NCBI GenBank assembly: GCA_028534125.1
Contig: CM052817.1
Coordinates: 108,068,001 to 108,132,000, forward strand
DNA length: 64,000 nt
From: Lama glama
Lineage: Eukaryota
Direction: 5' to 3'
The notes under the pieces are model-generated. The model had not been told where the DNA came from and did no database searches. It worked only from the letters and a program-made list of their open reading frames with translations. The position numbers were made by a program, and so were the translations under genes. Below are positions 13,210 to 23,225 of the stretch, piece by piece. Each line of letters begins with the position of its first letter. Positions within the stretch are counted from its first letter, which is position 1.

Positions 13210-14186
13210 CAGGCTTTGGCATCAGACAGACCCTAGTCCTTCTTTTGGTTTTGCCATTTAGTGGTCACAGAACCTTCAAGCAAGTGTCTAAACTTTGCAA
13301 AGTTGCATTACCCTCCTTTATGATCGGTGGATAATACAAGTACTAGCCTCATAGTACACAGCGGAGGGTAATTTTTTTTATTGAAGTATAGTCGTTTTAC
13401 AATAGTGTGTTAATTTCTGGCATACAGCATAGTAATTTAGTAATGAATATATATATATTCTTTTTCACATTCTTTTTCATTATAGGTTATTATAAGATAT
13501 TGAATATAGTTCCTTGTGCTATATAGTAGAAACGTTGTTTATTTATTTTACATATATTAGTGTGTATCTGCAAATTTCAAACTCTCAATTTAGCCCCCCA
13601 CCCCTTTACCCCTCTGGCAATCACAAGTTTGTTTTCTATGTCTTGAGTCTCTTTCTATTTTATAAAAAAATCCATTTGTTATGTTTTTAGATTCCAAATA
13701 TAAATGATATCATATGGTATTTTTTTCTTTCTCTTTCTGACTTACTTCATTTAGAATGATGATCTCCAGGTCCATCCATGTTGCTGCAAATGACATTTTC
13801 TATGGCTGAGTAGTATTCCATTGTATAAATATACCACATCTTCTGTATCCAGTCATCTGTCAATGAACATTTGGGTTGTTTCCATGTCTAGGCTATTGTA
13901 AATGTGTTGCTATGAACATTGGGGTGCATGTATTTTTTTTTTGAATTACGGTTTCCTCCAGATATATGGCCAGGAGTAGAATTGCTGAATCATGTTTTAA
14001 GTCTATTTTTAATTTTTTGAGGAATCTCCATGCTGTTGTCCATAATGGCTGCACAAAACTACATTCCCACCAACAGCATAGGAGGGTTCCCTTTAATCCA
14101 CACTGTCTCCTAGCTGAGGGTATTTTAAAAATAAGGTATGCAATATCTTTAATACTGACACATAAGAAGCACTCAGAAAGCATTAG
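13210..14186 (+). mobile_element. MIR split by an L1 insertion (MIR parts ~13210-13370 and ~14112-14186)
   Basis: GGCTTTGGCATCAGACAGACC...GATAATACAAGTACTAGCCTCATAG, and ACACATAAGAAGCACTCAGAAAGCATTAG. Confidence 0.6.
13372..14111 (-). mobile_element. Young 5'-truncated L1 with target-site duplication
   Basis: Poly(T), then ATTGAAGTATAGTCG...CCCACCAACAGCATAGGAGGGTTCCC. The TSD is AGCGGAGGGTA (13360-13370) / AGCTGAGGGTA (14112-14122), followed by a TTTT/AA endonuclease site. Confidence 0.9.
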
Positions 14187-14189
14187 TGT

Positions 14190-14689
14190 NNNNNNNNNNN
14201 NNNNNNNNNNNNNNNNNNNNNNNNNNNNNNNNNNNNNNNNNNNNNNNNNNNNNNNNNNNNNNNNNNNNNNNNNNNNNNNNNNNNNNNNNNNNNNNNNNNN
14301 NNNNNNNNNNNNNNNNNNNNNNNNNNNNNNNNNNNNNNNNNNNNNNNNNNNNNNNNNNNNNNNNNNNNNNNNNNNNNNNNNNNNNNNNNNNNNNNNNNNN
14401 NNNNNNNNNNNNNNNNNNNNNNNNNNNNNNNNNNNNNNNNNNNNNNNNNNNNNNNNNNNNNNNNNNNNNNNNNNNNNNNNNNNNNNNNNNNNNNNNNNNN
14501 NNNNNNNNNNNNNNNNNNNNNNNNNNNNNNNNNNNNNNNNNNNNNNNNNNNNNNNNNNNNNNNNNNNNNNNNNNNNNNNNNNNNNNNNNNNNNNNNNNNN
14601 NNNNNNNNNNNNNNNNNNNNNNNNNNNNNNNNNNNNNNNNNNNNNNNNNNNNNNNNNNNNNNNNNNNNNNNNNNNNNNNNNNNNNNNNN
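14190..14689. other. Assembly gap (500 N), with a (CA)n repeat on the right
   Basis: Run of N; CA repeat begins at 14690. Confidence 0.98.
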
Positions 14690-14911
14690 CACACACACAC
14701 ACACACACACACATCCCTATACAGACATACACACATGCACGTGAATCTTAGGATACACAGAAAATGGCAATGCTATCTTTGCAGAGATAGGGATAAATAA
14801 TCCAGCAATTATTTGAAATTATCCTTTAAGACAATCTCCAAGAGAATAGATGGACACTTTTTTTTATATGTCAAAATTCAACCAGTATGATCTAATTAGA
14901 TAAATACCTAC

Positions 14912-15200
14912 CCTACTTATAAATTTTGGCACAGCAGTCAGTTAACTGTGGATGACACTACAGGGCAAGGACAGAAAACGCATTCGAATGATGTCCAAGC
15001 GAGCGTGTGGGTGTTTTCGGAGCTTCGAGTCCTTGGCCTGGATGGGAACCTCAGTTGCAGCTGATCGGTGAGCACACTGGCCACGCCCCTCAGGAAAGCA
15101 GCAGACTTGTTCTCACATGTTTCTCATCGGGATTCGGGTCACTCACGTTCAGGGCCTCCCATTGGTCAGTCTGGTGTGGCCCCGCCTCTCTCCCTACAGC
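14912..15200 (-). promoter_or_regulatory. Candidate TATA-less promoter and first exon
   Basis: On the minus strand: GC box GAGGCGGGGCC (15178-15188), NF-Y-type GACCAATGG (core 15161-15165), Sp/KLF GGGGCGTGGCC (15079-15089), local CpG enrichment, and a downstream donor AGG|GTAGGT after 14912. Confidence 0.45.
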
Positions 15201-17306
15201 TTAGGTCCGGCATCTGGGCTGATCCTAGGCACTGTCCTGGTGAAGGGAAGTTCCTTCCCAAAGGTGGTGCTTAATCTTTCAGAGATGGAAATTGGATCCC
15301 TCTCTGAGCTTCTGCTAACAGGGGAGCGTCCTGTCCATGTCAAGTTTCCAGCCCAGAGCCCCTTCCCAGGTGTCACCTTGTGTCAAATTTGCTAACAAAC
15401 AGAACCCATAGCCATCCAATCAGCTCTTCTGGACGTTTCTAAATAAAAAACTCACACATTTATCAGATATGAGGCTGCTCTGAATGGTTTCAGGAATGTT
15501 CCAAGTTCTGCGAACAGTAGAAAGATTCCCAAAGGGACAGACAAAAATATTTAGGACAGATGAGTTAAAAACACATGTACTTCCATTAATGTTATCAAAG
15601 GTGCTTCTTGCACCTAAAATATACATTCATTGTTTCTGAGGGTGAGGGAATACGACAGGAAAAGAAAAGAGGATGAAGAAAAGAATCTGTGAGAGACATT
15701 TTAACCAGACAATATTCATTCAAAGTATAACCATAGCATATGTAAGATATAACCTATAGTTACATTTATATACAGTTACACATGTATACAGTTGTATTCA
15801 ATTTAGTCCTACATAGTTTTCAGAATTTTTAGAAATTCCAAACACTTCCACTAAATACTAGAATACTTATTAACATACTATCTATGTGATTAATAAAAAT
15901 CGCGAGCTTCTGTTTTTACTGCACAATTATTCGCTGACTTTCTGTTTTCTACAGTTGAGTTCTTTTGTTGATTGCATTATACATACTTTCGATGCTTGCT
16001 TACACATACACAAATGATTTAATAAAAATATTTCACAGTCCAAGCTGATATATGCTCAGAGTTCAAAAATACAGTTATGATTTCTCATAACTAATATACT
16101 TGATGCTTAAAACTCCTTCTCTTGTGAAATATTTAGTGAGTAATTTCTTATTCACTTTTTTTCTCTGAAAAGCACACAATCTTTCATTTGGAGATGGTCT
16201 TATGGAAATGTCCAGAAGGACAAATGCAGAATATATCACATGAAGCCCTTGAGGCAATGCATAATTCATTCCAAAAAGCAGAGCTTTAGTTAAAAAATTC
16301 AGAGACTTATTTGTTGGTTTGAAATGATCTTTTTTCAGTTCACTGAACCTAAGAATGATTCCTGAAAGAATTTAGCACCTTTCTCATTGATTTCTAATTA
16401 CAAAGCTCTTTACTAAAAAGTGCTACAAAGTTCATAGCACACACACGTGTGATCTCTGGAAGTGCACACCTTCCCCCGCATCCACTACCTACTTTCCACA
16501 CCCAGATACACAAACAGGTGCACTTAAAAAAAAAACTAAGCACACACATTTCCCCCTCTTTTATTTAATGTCTACATATGCCTAAATATAGTGAGCACAC
16601 CATGTTAGAAAATGAAACTTGACAACAGCCTACCCCTAGACTTGTAATTCTCCAACGGAGCATTTTTGATTCTAGGACTTCTGGGACACGTCTGCATGAT
16701 TAATTAACTGATCATCACACAGGCTCCTTCTCTCCACCAGGAAAGTAAGTGGAGCATGCAAAAATTGACAAACGAACAGACAAGTAATAGACGTGCCTTA
16801 TTATTTGTGCACAGAGCTGCACAGACCACTTTTTCACTTGGCTCACAGCTGAGCATCTTTCTCCTAGTCACTTTGCTAATTTCACTTCCTTGATGGCGCT
16901 GACCCTGATCGCTTTATCTGAGGTGGCCCCCCTTCCACCCCATCCCTCATGTTGTTTCCTTTTTCTCTTTGCCGCAGCGCTCACCCACATTCTAATATCC
17001 TACGAGAGCAAAGGTCTGTGTTGAGCACACTGATGGATCCCAAGTGTCTAGAACAGTGCCTGGCATGAAGCTCACTGTTCCTGAGTTTTGACTGGACAAA
17101 TGAATCTTCATTTGGCCAAGAAGAAAACTGAGGCATGAGAAGTCAGCTTACCAGGATTACATGACTGGGGAAAGGCTACCTGGTTCTGAGTCTAGCCCCA
17201 CACCAGAGTAACTCTTGTCCTGATGAAGATACACATTCTCCTGGCCATCTGCCGCAACAGCTCCCCAGTGGAACAACAGGACTTTGCATCATCACAATAT
17301 TAAAAA

Positions 17307-17367
17307 ACATGATGCTGTACACCAGAAATTGACACATTGTAACTGACTGTAGTTCAGTTAAAAAAAA
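17307..17367 (+). mobile_element. Very short L1 3'-terminal fragment
   Basis: GCTGTACACCAGAAATTGACACATTGTAACTGACTGTAGTTCAGTT plus A-tail. Confidence 0.8.
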
Positions 17368-17523
17368 CAGATTGACTAGAAAAATGAGTGCTGGCTCTCA
17401 GGAAAATCAATTCTAACAGAAATTTCTTTCTTACAAATATAAACTCAGGTAAGTACTCCGAAATCTATCAGTGGTGGACTGAGCAACTTCACAAGTGGAT
17501 TGGATCAGTTTTAACACACTGTC

Positions 17524-17912
17524 TGTCATGTGCTCGTCTGTGTCTCCCCCACCACACCATGCATAGGCTGAACTCCTAATCCCCAGCACCTCAGAATATG
17601 GCTGTACATGGAGACAGGACCTTTAAAGAAGTAAGTAAAGTCAAATGAGCTCACAAGGGTGGGCTCCTCTCTAGAAGGCCGGTGACATTATAGGAAGAGG
17701 AGACTAGGACACAGATCCAGGGGTGATTGGGTGGGGACACAGGGAGAAGGTAGACATCTGAAGCCAAAGAGAGAAAAGCCCTTAAAACAGATTTAATCTG
17801 CTGACACCTTGAACTTGGGCTTCCAGCCTCCAGAATTTAAGACAAGGAAAAAAAACCCTGTTATTCAAGCCACCCAGTCTATAAGATTTTATTACAGAAG
17901 CCTTAGCAAGAT
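17524..17912 (+). mobile_element. MLT1-type MaLR LTR
   Basis: CCTAATCCCCAGCACCTCAGAATATGGCTGTA...CTGCTGACACCTTGAACTTGGGCTTCCAGCCTCCAGAA...AAGCCACCCAGTCT. Confidence 0.8.
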
Positions 17913-19147
17913 ACTCATGAAATAAAGTAAATAATAATTTATTATTATTAAAAAAGTGCAGAGAGAAAATTTCCTTTTATTTGAAATTTGAAATTTGTGT
18001 GTAAATCTGTGTATGCATCAGTAAATAGAATTTTTTTAAAACAAGCAATGAATTAATACTTTTCACTACATTAACGTGCATTTTGGAAGAGAGACATGAG
18101 AGATCCATGAAGAAATGTTTTCCAAAAATAGAGAATTCCTCAGGGTTCAGAGAACTTTTTTTACAAAGCCTGCTAGAACTGAAGTAAAGTTCTCTATATT
18201 TTTCTTTAGGATCAGGGCGCTGTTGTTTATTTCAAATCTACTATTTAAATACAGGGATGTTTAATCGCACAGGGATTGGAGACATAAACTCCAGCCCAAA
18301 ATAGTTCAGTTGTTTCAAAACTGTTAGGAGCTTACTCTGAAAGCATTGTATGTAGCCCATTTCGTGTTACTAAATTATTTAGAATTTAGACCCACAAGAG
18401 ACTTGGGTGGAGAAGGACTATTTTAGCACCAGTATTATCTAAATTTGTCAATGCATTGTGATGATAAAAAAGCCATCTTTTAATCGATATTATTATCATT
18501 ATTTAATTTTCCATAGGCAGCGCAGCTCTGCTATGGTTCCTGAATTGCCTCCCTCAAAACCCCAAACCCTTTTTAATTTTTAACCATAACTTTACGTTTC
18601 TGCATCAACAGGAAATTTTCCCATTTTCCATTCTGATAGAGCTGGAATCGGTTTCAAATAAAACCAGCTTTGTCGACACAGCACATCACAGGCTTTCCCA
18701 GCATAAAGTGAGGATGCAGTGGCTTGAATATTGACAAAGCGAATGATCCTTTTTGACTTGGTTGCTTGATGACCTATTTTTTTCATGGAATTGTTTTTTC
18801 CCAAGTAATTTTGAAAATTCCTAGATGTTGGCACAGGCCTGTGATCCAGTCCTGTTTGGACCCAGCAGATGTCACCGTGGGAGAAACGTGCTATGTGGGA
18901 CTTCTGTTTGAAGGTCTTCTTCCTTTTTGGATTGGAGGGGGGTGCCATTGTCCCCTCCGTCTGTGGAGGGGCTCTCAGATGCCCCGTGTGTCCTTGCTCT
19001 TCCTGCCGACAGGACTTCTTGAAATCACTTTGAAGTAACAGAGAGAGGCCTCCCTTATTCCGTGGAAGGCTCAGCAGAAAGGCAGAGGAGTTGAGAAGAC
19101 CAAGAACAAAGCTGTTAGCCGCTGTGTATAAAGATCGATCTGAAAAA

Positions 19148-19320
19148 GCAAGTTTCTTCTGTATAGCACAGGGAACTATATTCAATATTTTATAATAACC
19201 TTTTATGAAAGTAAATATGAAAATGAATATATGTATATATATGCATGACTGGGACATTGTGCTGTATACCAGAAACTGACACATTGTCACTGACAGTACT
19301 TTAATTAAAAAAAAAAAAAA
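19148..19320 (+). mobile_element. Short young L1 3' fragment
   Basis: CTGTATAGCACAGGGAACTATATTCAATA...CCAGAAACTGACACATTGT...poly(A). Confidence 0.85.
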
Positions 19321-19364
19321 GAGCTGCATTGATGCTAAAAGGCACCTGTCCTTTGGGTTTATTT

Positions 19365-19570
19365 ATTTAGTTGACAAATGCTAATGTGCTAGGTATCTCC
19401 CTAACCTATGTGAACATATTTAACATTTGTGACAGCAGTAGAGAGAGATGGCATTCCTACCTTCATGGTGCGAATGGGGAAATTGAAGCCCAGAGCTGGA
19501 AACAACTGGTCCAAGGTACACAGTCCACAGGGGGCTAACCCCACATCTTCAACAAAGACGCCCGTCTCCC
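19365..19570 (-). mobile_element. MIR fragment
   Basis: AATGGGGAAATTGAAGCCCAGAG...GTCCAAGGTACACAG resembles the MIR core. Confidence 0.5.
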
Positions 19571-20449
19571 TTGTGCGAATGACCTGTAAGCTATGTGGCT
19601 TTTCACAGGCACACACCTATTCCCACAAACAACCACATTTACCTAATAGTTGAGCGGAGATGGTTTCTGGAATAGTGCACAAATCCCCCCGAACTTTTCC
19701 AATGATCTATTTCTTGGTACCAAGCCCAGCTCATTGCCCCCCAACACACATCTGCTGCAATGCGTCCTCTTTTGGGGGAGAAATTTCTCTTCTTGACTTT
19801 GTGTCCTATTCTGTCGTCTGGTCCCCACTAGGGTCACCCATGGCTTTTAAGTGTAATGCCTCCCTGACTGAGTAGAGAACGATTATGGAATTGTATGGGA
19901 ATCTAGGTGGATAAGTAAGGACTTTAAATATTGTTATGTGTTTTTGAAAATAGATTTCTAAGGTGGGAGAAATTTCACAGACATCTTTGGGGGATCAAGC
20001 ACATTGGGGATCATTGAAATCCAATGCTGTCAGTGTTGGGACCAAATCTTTAACATCTTCAAGATTTATTTACTCCTGCCAGTGTTTCCAGTGATGCCAA
20101 ATCTACATGTTTGGTGTTTCTCCTTTCTTGACACTCCTGATACCAATCTGCTGTCACGGGGGTTTCCTAGACTCTTGCTGGATTTTTATGTATTTTCTCT
20201 TGTCTCTCATGCTAGAAATAAAAGAAAAGAAAACACTGTTTCTCTCTCTTAGTGAGATTGAAAAGAGAAAAATACCAAAATCCCAGGAGAAGGTGGTTCA
20301 CAATTAGACAGAAAGAGGGGTGTGAGACAGGATCTAAGGAATGAGAAGTGTGGGATCTCCTGAGCCTAAAGGAGACACTTTCAAGTAGATGGAGATGCTC
20401 TGGTGTCAAGTGCCTGCAGTTGCAAAATAATGAAGAAACTTAAAAGATC

Positions 20450-20557
20450 TTATTCAGTATCTTGTAATAACCTTTAATACTAGAAATTGACACATTGTAA
20501 CTGACTGTACTTCAATAAAAAACTGAATAAATTAAAAAAAACTCAATTAAAAAAAAA
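20450..20557 (+). mobile_element. Short, internally deleted L1 3' fragment
   Basis: TATTCAGTATCTTGTAATAACCTTTAAT is joined directly to AGAAATTGACACATTGTAACTGACTGTACTTCAATAAAA. Confidence 0.75.
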
Positions 20558-20973
20558 GCTCTAGGGATGAAAACAAGTGTGCAGAATGGCCTTAAAGACT
20601 TACTTGAACAATTAGAACAGGCAGGACATTTTAGCTGTATTTTTCTATTATAAAGTATCTGTTATGCTTTTTTAAAAAAATATTTTATTATACTACAGAC
20701 TTGTTGAGTAGTTTTTTAAATAATTTTTTAAGGCTTTTACATTATTCAGTTTTCACATATCAGTCTAAATTAAGGAAATCTGCAACATATTATAATTTGA
20801 AATCACTTTACATTTTATTCTAGCACCATAACACAATCCCACAAAACATTTGCACATGCTTAAAATAATAATTGTGATAATAATATATACTATATTAAAT
20901 CTTCTAATTATAGTTATTTATACATAATGAAATTTGAAAATAGAGTAAAATATTTTTGCTGTTTCATATACAC

Positions 20974-21061
20974 TTTTTTTTTTCAATGGAGGTATTGGGA
21001 CTTGAACCCAGGACCTCATGCATGCTAAGCACATGCTCTACCCCTGAGCTATACCCTCCAC
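20974..21061 (-). mobile_element. tRNA-Ala-derived SINE (vic-1-like)
   Basis: The minus strand reads GGAGGGTATAGCTCAGGGGTAGAGCATGTGCTTAGCATGCATGAGGTCCTGGGTTCAAGTCCCAATACCTCCA plus poly(A); A/B boxes and an AGC anticodon loop are present. Confidence 0.9.
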
Positions 21062-21372
21062 CAACATTGAGTAGTTGTCTGTGGGGTAGCTGAGTGAATT
21101 TTTTAAAGTATTTTATAATTCTTCCAAATAATACCAAGTGTTGGATTGTCAAATCAAACCCACAGGAAGCAGGGATCTTAACCAGTCTTAAACCCTATCA
21201 ATAATGCAAAGGATGTTGGCAATCACTGGGCACAGGGACAAGGTGGAGCCATCTGAGATCATCAGCAAAGCTCCCTGTTCCTTTCACCCCACAACAGAAT
21301 GTGCTCTGTTTCAAATTTACCCTGTAAGGTTGTAAGCGACACAAGTGGGGGTGAAAGATACGTGGAGGGTGT

Positions 21373-22013
21373 TGTGATGGTTGATTTTACAGGTCAGCTT
21401 GACTGGGACATGGGGCCACCAGGTGTCTGTTCAGACATGATTCTGGATGTGTCTGTGTGGGTGTTTATGGATGAGATTAATATTTGAATCCCCAGACCGA
21501 GTAAAGAAGAGTGTCCTTCCTCACGTGGGTGGGCCTTATGTTGAAGATGTGTTGGCAGAACAACAGCTGACATCCTCACAAGAGACAGGGAACTCCTCCT
21601 GCCCATCTGCCTTAGATCCTGGGCAGCAGTTTTCTCCTCTCTTGGACTCCATCCACGCCATCGGCTCTCCTGGTTCTCAGCCTTCGGTCTGGAACTCCAC
21701 CCTCAGGTCTGGGGCTCCACCAACTACAGATCTCAGGATGCCTCAACCTTTATAATTGCATGAGCCAGTCTCCTATAATAAGTATACCATCCCACTTATG
21801 TAAACACACACACATTTTATTTCTCTGTTCACTCTCCTCCTGAGAGAATCATTTTTATCTGTTATTCTCAAAATGAGAGAAAACAAAGTGAACATATTTA
21901 ATTTAAATAAATTTAATTGATATAATAATTTAATGTGTAAATCTAATATATTTTTATATATTTTCATCCATCCTATTGGTTCTGTTTTTCTGGAGAGCTC
22001 CAACAAACAGACA
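21373..22013 (+). mobile_element. MLT2-type ERVL LTR with an AT-rich internal segment
   Basis: TGTGATGGTTGATTTTAC...TTGACTGG...GGTGTTTATGGATGAGATTAATATTTGAATC...TCCTATTGGTTCTGTTTTTCTGGAGA. Confidence 0.8.
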
Positions 22014-22266
22014 TGAACGGAGTCATGTCAGTAATGGAACATCTCTCTTTTCTGCTCCACATACTACATAGCTCATGTAAAATTCTCCAGTGAGCTATGC
22101 CCATAAATACAGAAATTGGAAGCTTCCTTACTACCTGTATCTTGTGAAATTTTTTACTCGAAGACCTCTGTATTAGCCTCATTATCTCTTTTGCTGATAA
22201 ATATCATCAGTGTTTACCTAGAGGTCTGAAGTACATGCTCAAAAGGGGACTTGACTCGGTCAACTG

Positions 22267-22440
22267 TTTTTTTAAAATTGAAGTAGAGTCGATTTACAAT
22301 GTTGCATTAGTTTCTGGTGTACAGCACAGTGATTCAGTTATACATATATATGTTCTTTTTCATTCTAGGTTACTACAAGATATCAAATACAGCTCCCTGT
22401 GGTCTACAGTAGCATCTGGTTGATTACTTATTTTATATAT
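22267..22440 (-). mobile_element. Short L1 3' fragment
   Basis: TTGAAGTAGAGTCGATTTACAATGTTG...TCTGGTGTACAGCACAGTGATTCAGTTATACAT. Confidence 0.85.
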
Positions 22441-22503
22441 CTCAGTACCTGCAGATTATTTCTGGGAGTGTCCCACATCACAGGAGAAAGAGATGCACTT
22501 GTT

Positions 22504-22622
22504 TTGCAGGGTGGTAACTAGGTTTTTATTCATTCATTTCTTTGGAGGAGGTTCTGGGGGTTGAACCCGGGACCTCACGCACACTAAGCATGTGCTCCAC
22601 CCCTGAGCTGCTCCCTCCCCGC
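22504..22622 (-). mobile_element. tRNA-Ala-derived SINE (vic-1-like) with 15-bp TSD
   Basis: GGGGGTTGAACCCGGGACCTCACGCACACTAAGCATGTGCTCCACCCCTGAGCT; TSD AGAGATGCACTTGTT (22489-22503) / AGAGATGTGCTTGTT (22623-22637). Confidence 0.88.
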
Positions 22623-22939
22623 AGAGATGTGCTTGTTGCAGAATGGCATTCAGATCACAGAGGGGCACCACACGCTGGTCGACCCCAACGTCTCAAATTT
22701 AGGAGGGGGTACGTGGCCTTTCCCGGTTGAGGTGACAATTCGGTCCGGTTCTTAAGACTCCACTGACAAGTGGCCTCTATCAGATGGAGAAAAAAACCAT
22801 CATAGGAGGTGGAGAATTGCTCATAGAAAAACAGTGTTTCTTCACGTGGTGGCAGAAGCCTGTGAGGCTCAAGAAAAAGAAGGGCCCTAAAAGGCTGGAA
22901 ACATCAAAACCTTGGTGAGCACTGAGTAGGGCATCTCTG

Positions 22940-23225
22940 CTTGGGGCGGTCTAGTGCTTCCAGTCCACCTTTCCGCCCATGAGGGCCGTGGGTACCACAG
23001 GAGCGGGGAGGGGCCGCGGGACTGTTTCCGCTTGCTGTCGCGGCTACCGAATCAGGAAAACTAAGCATTATCTGATGAGCTGATGTAGCGCATCTTTGCT
23101 CCAACGCAGTGCACACCTGCGCGCACACGTGGCTCTCACCCTGTTAATACCAGCGCGCGATAAGGCAGAGTCACTGCGCCCTAAGGGTGGGTGGAGAAAA
23201 AAGTTCTCCATCGACCTCCAGCGTA
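22940..23225. promoter_or_regulatory. CpG-rich non-repeat patch (candidate promoter/enhancer)
   Basis: About 21 CpGs by hand count in ~285 bp; E-box CACGTG 23126-23131; GATA-type sites TTATCT 23068-23073 and GATAAG 23159-23164. Confidence 0.5.

Noticed and set aside
13893..14800. Long ORFs of 175-279 aa
   Set aside because: Artefacts of the N gap plus L1 and CA-repeat sequence.
18592..19329. 245-aa minus-strand ORF
   Set aside because: Starts in the antisense strand of an L1 tail, has no recognisable domain or exon boundaries, and is probably a chance ORF.
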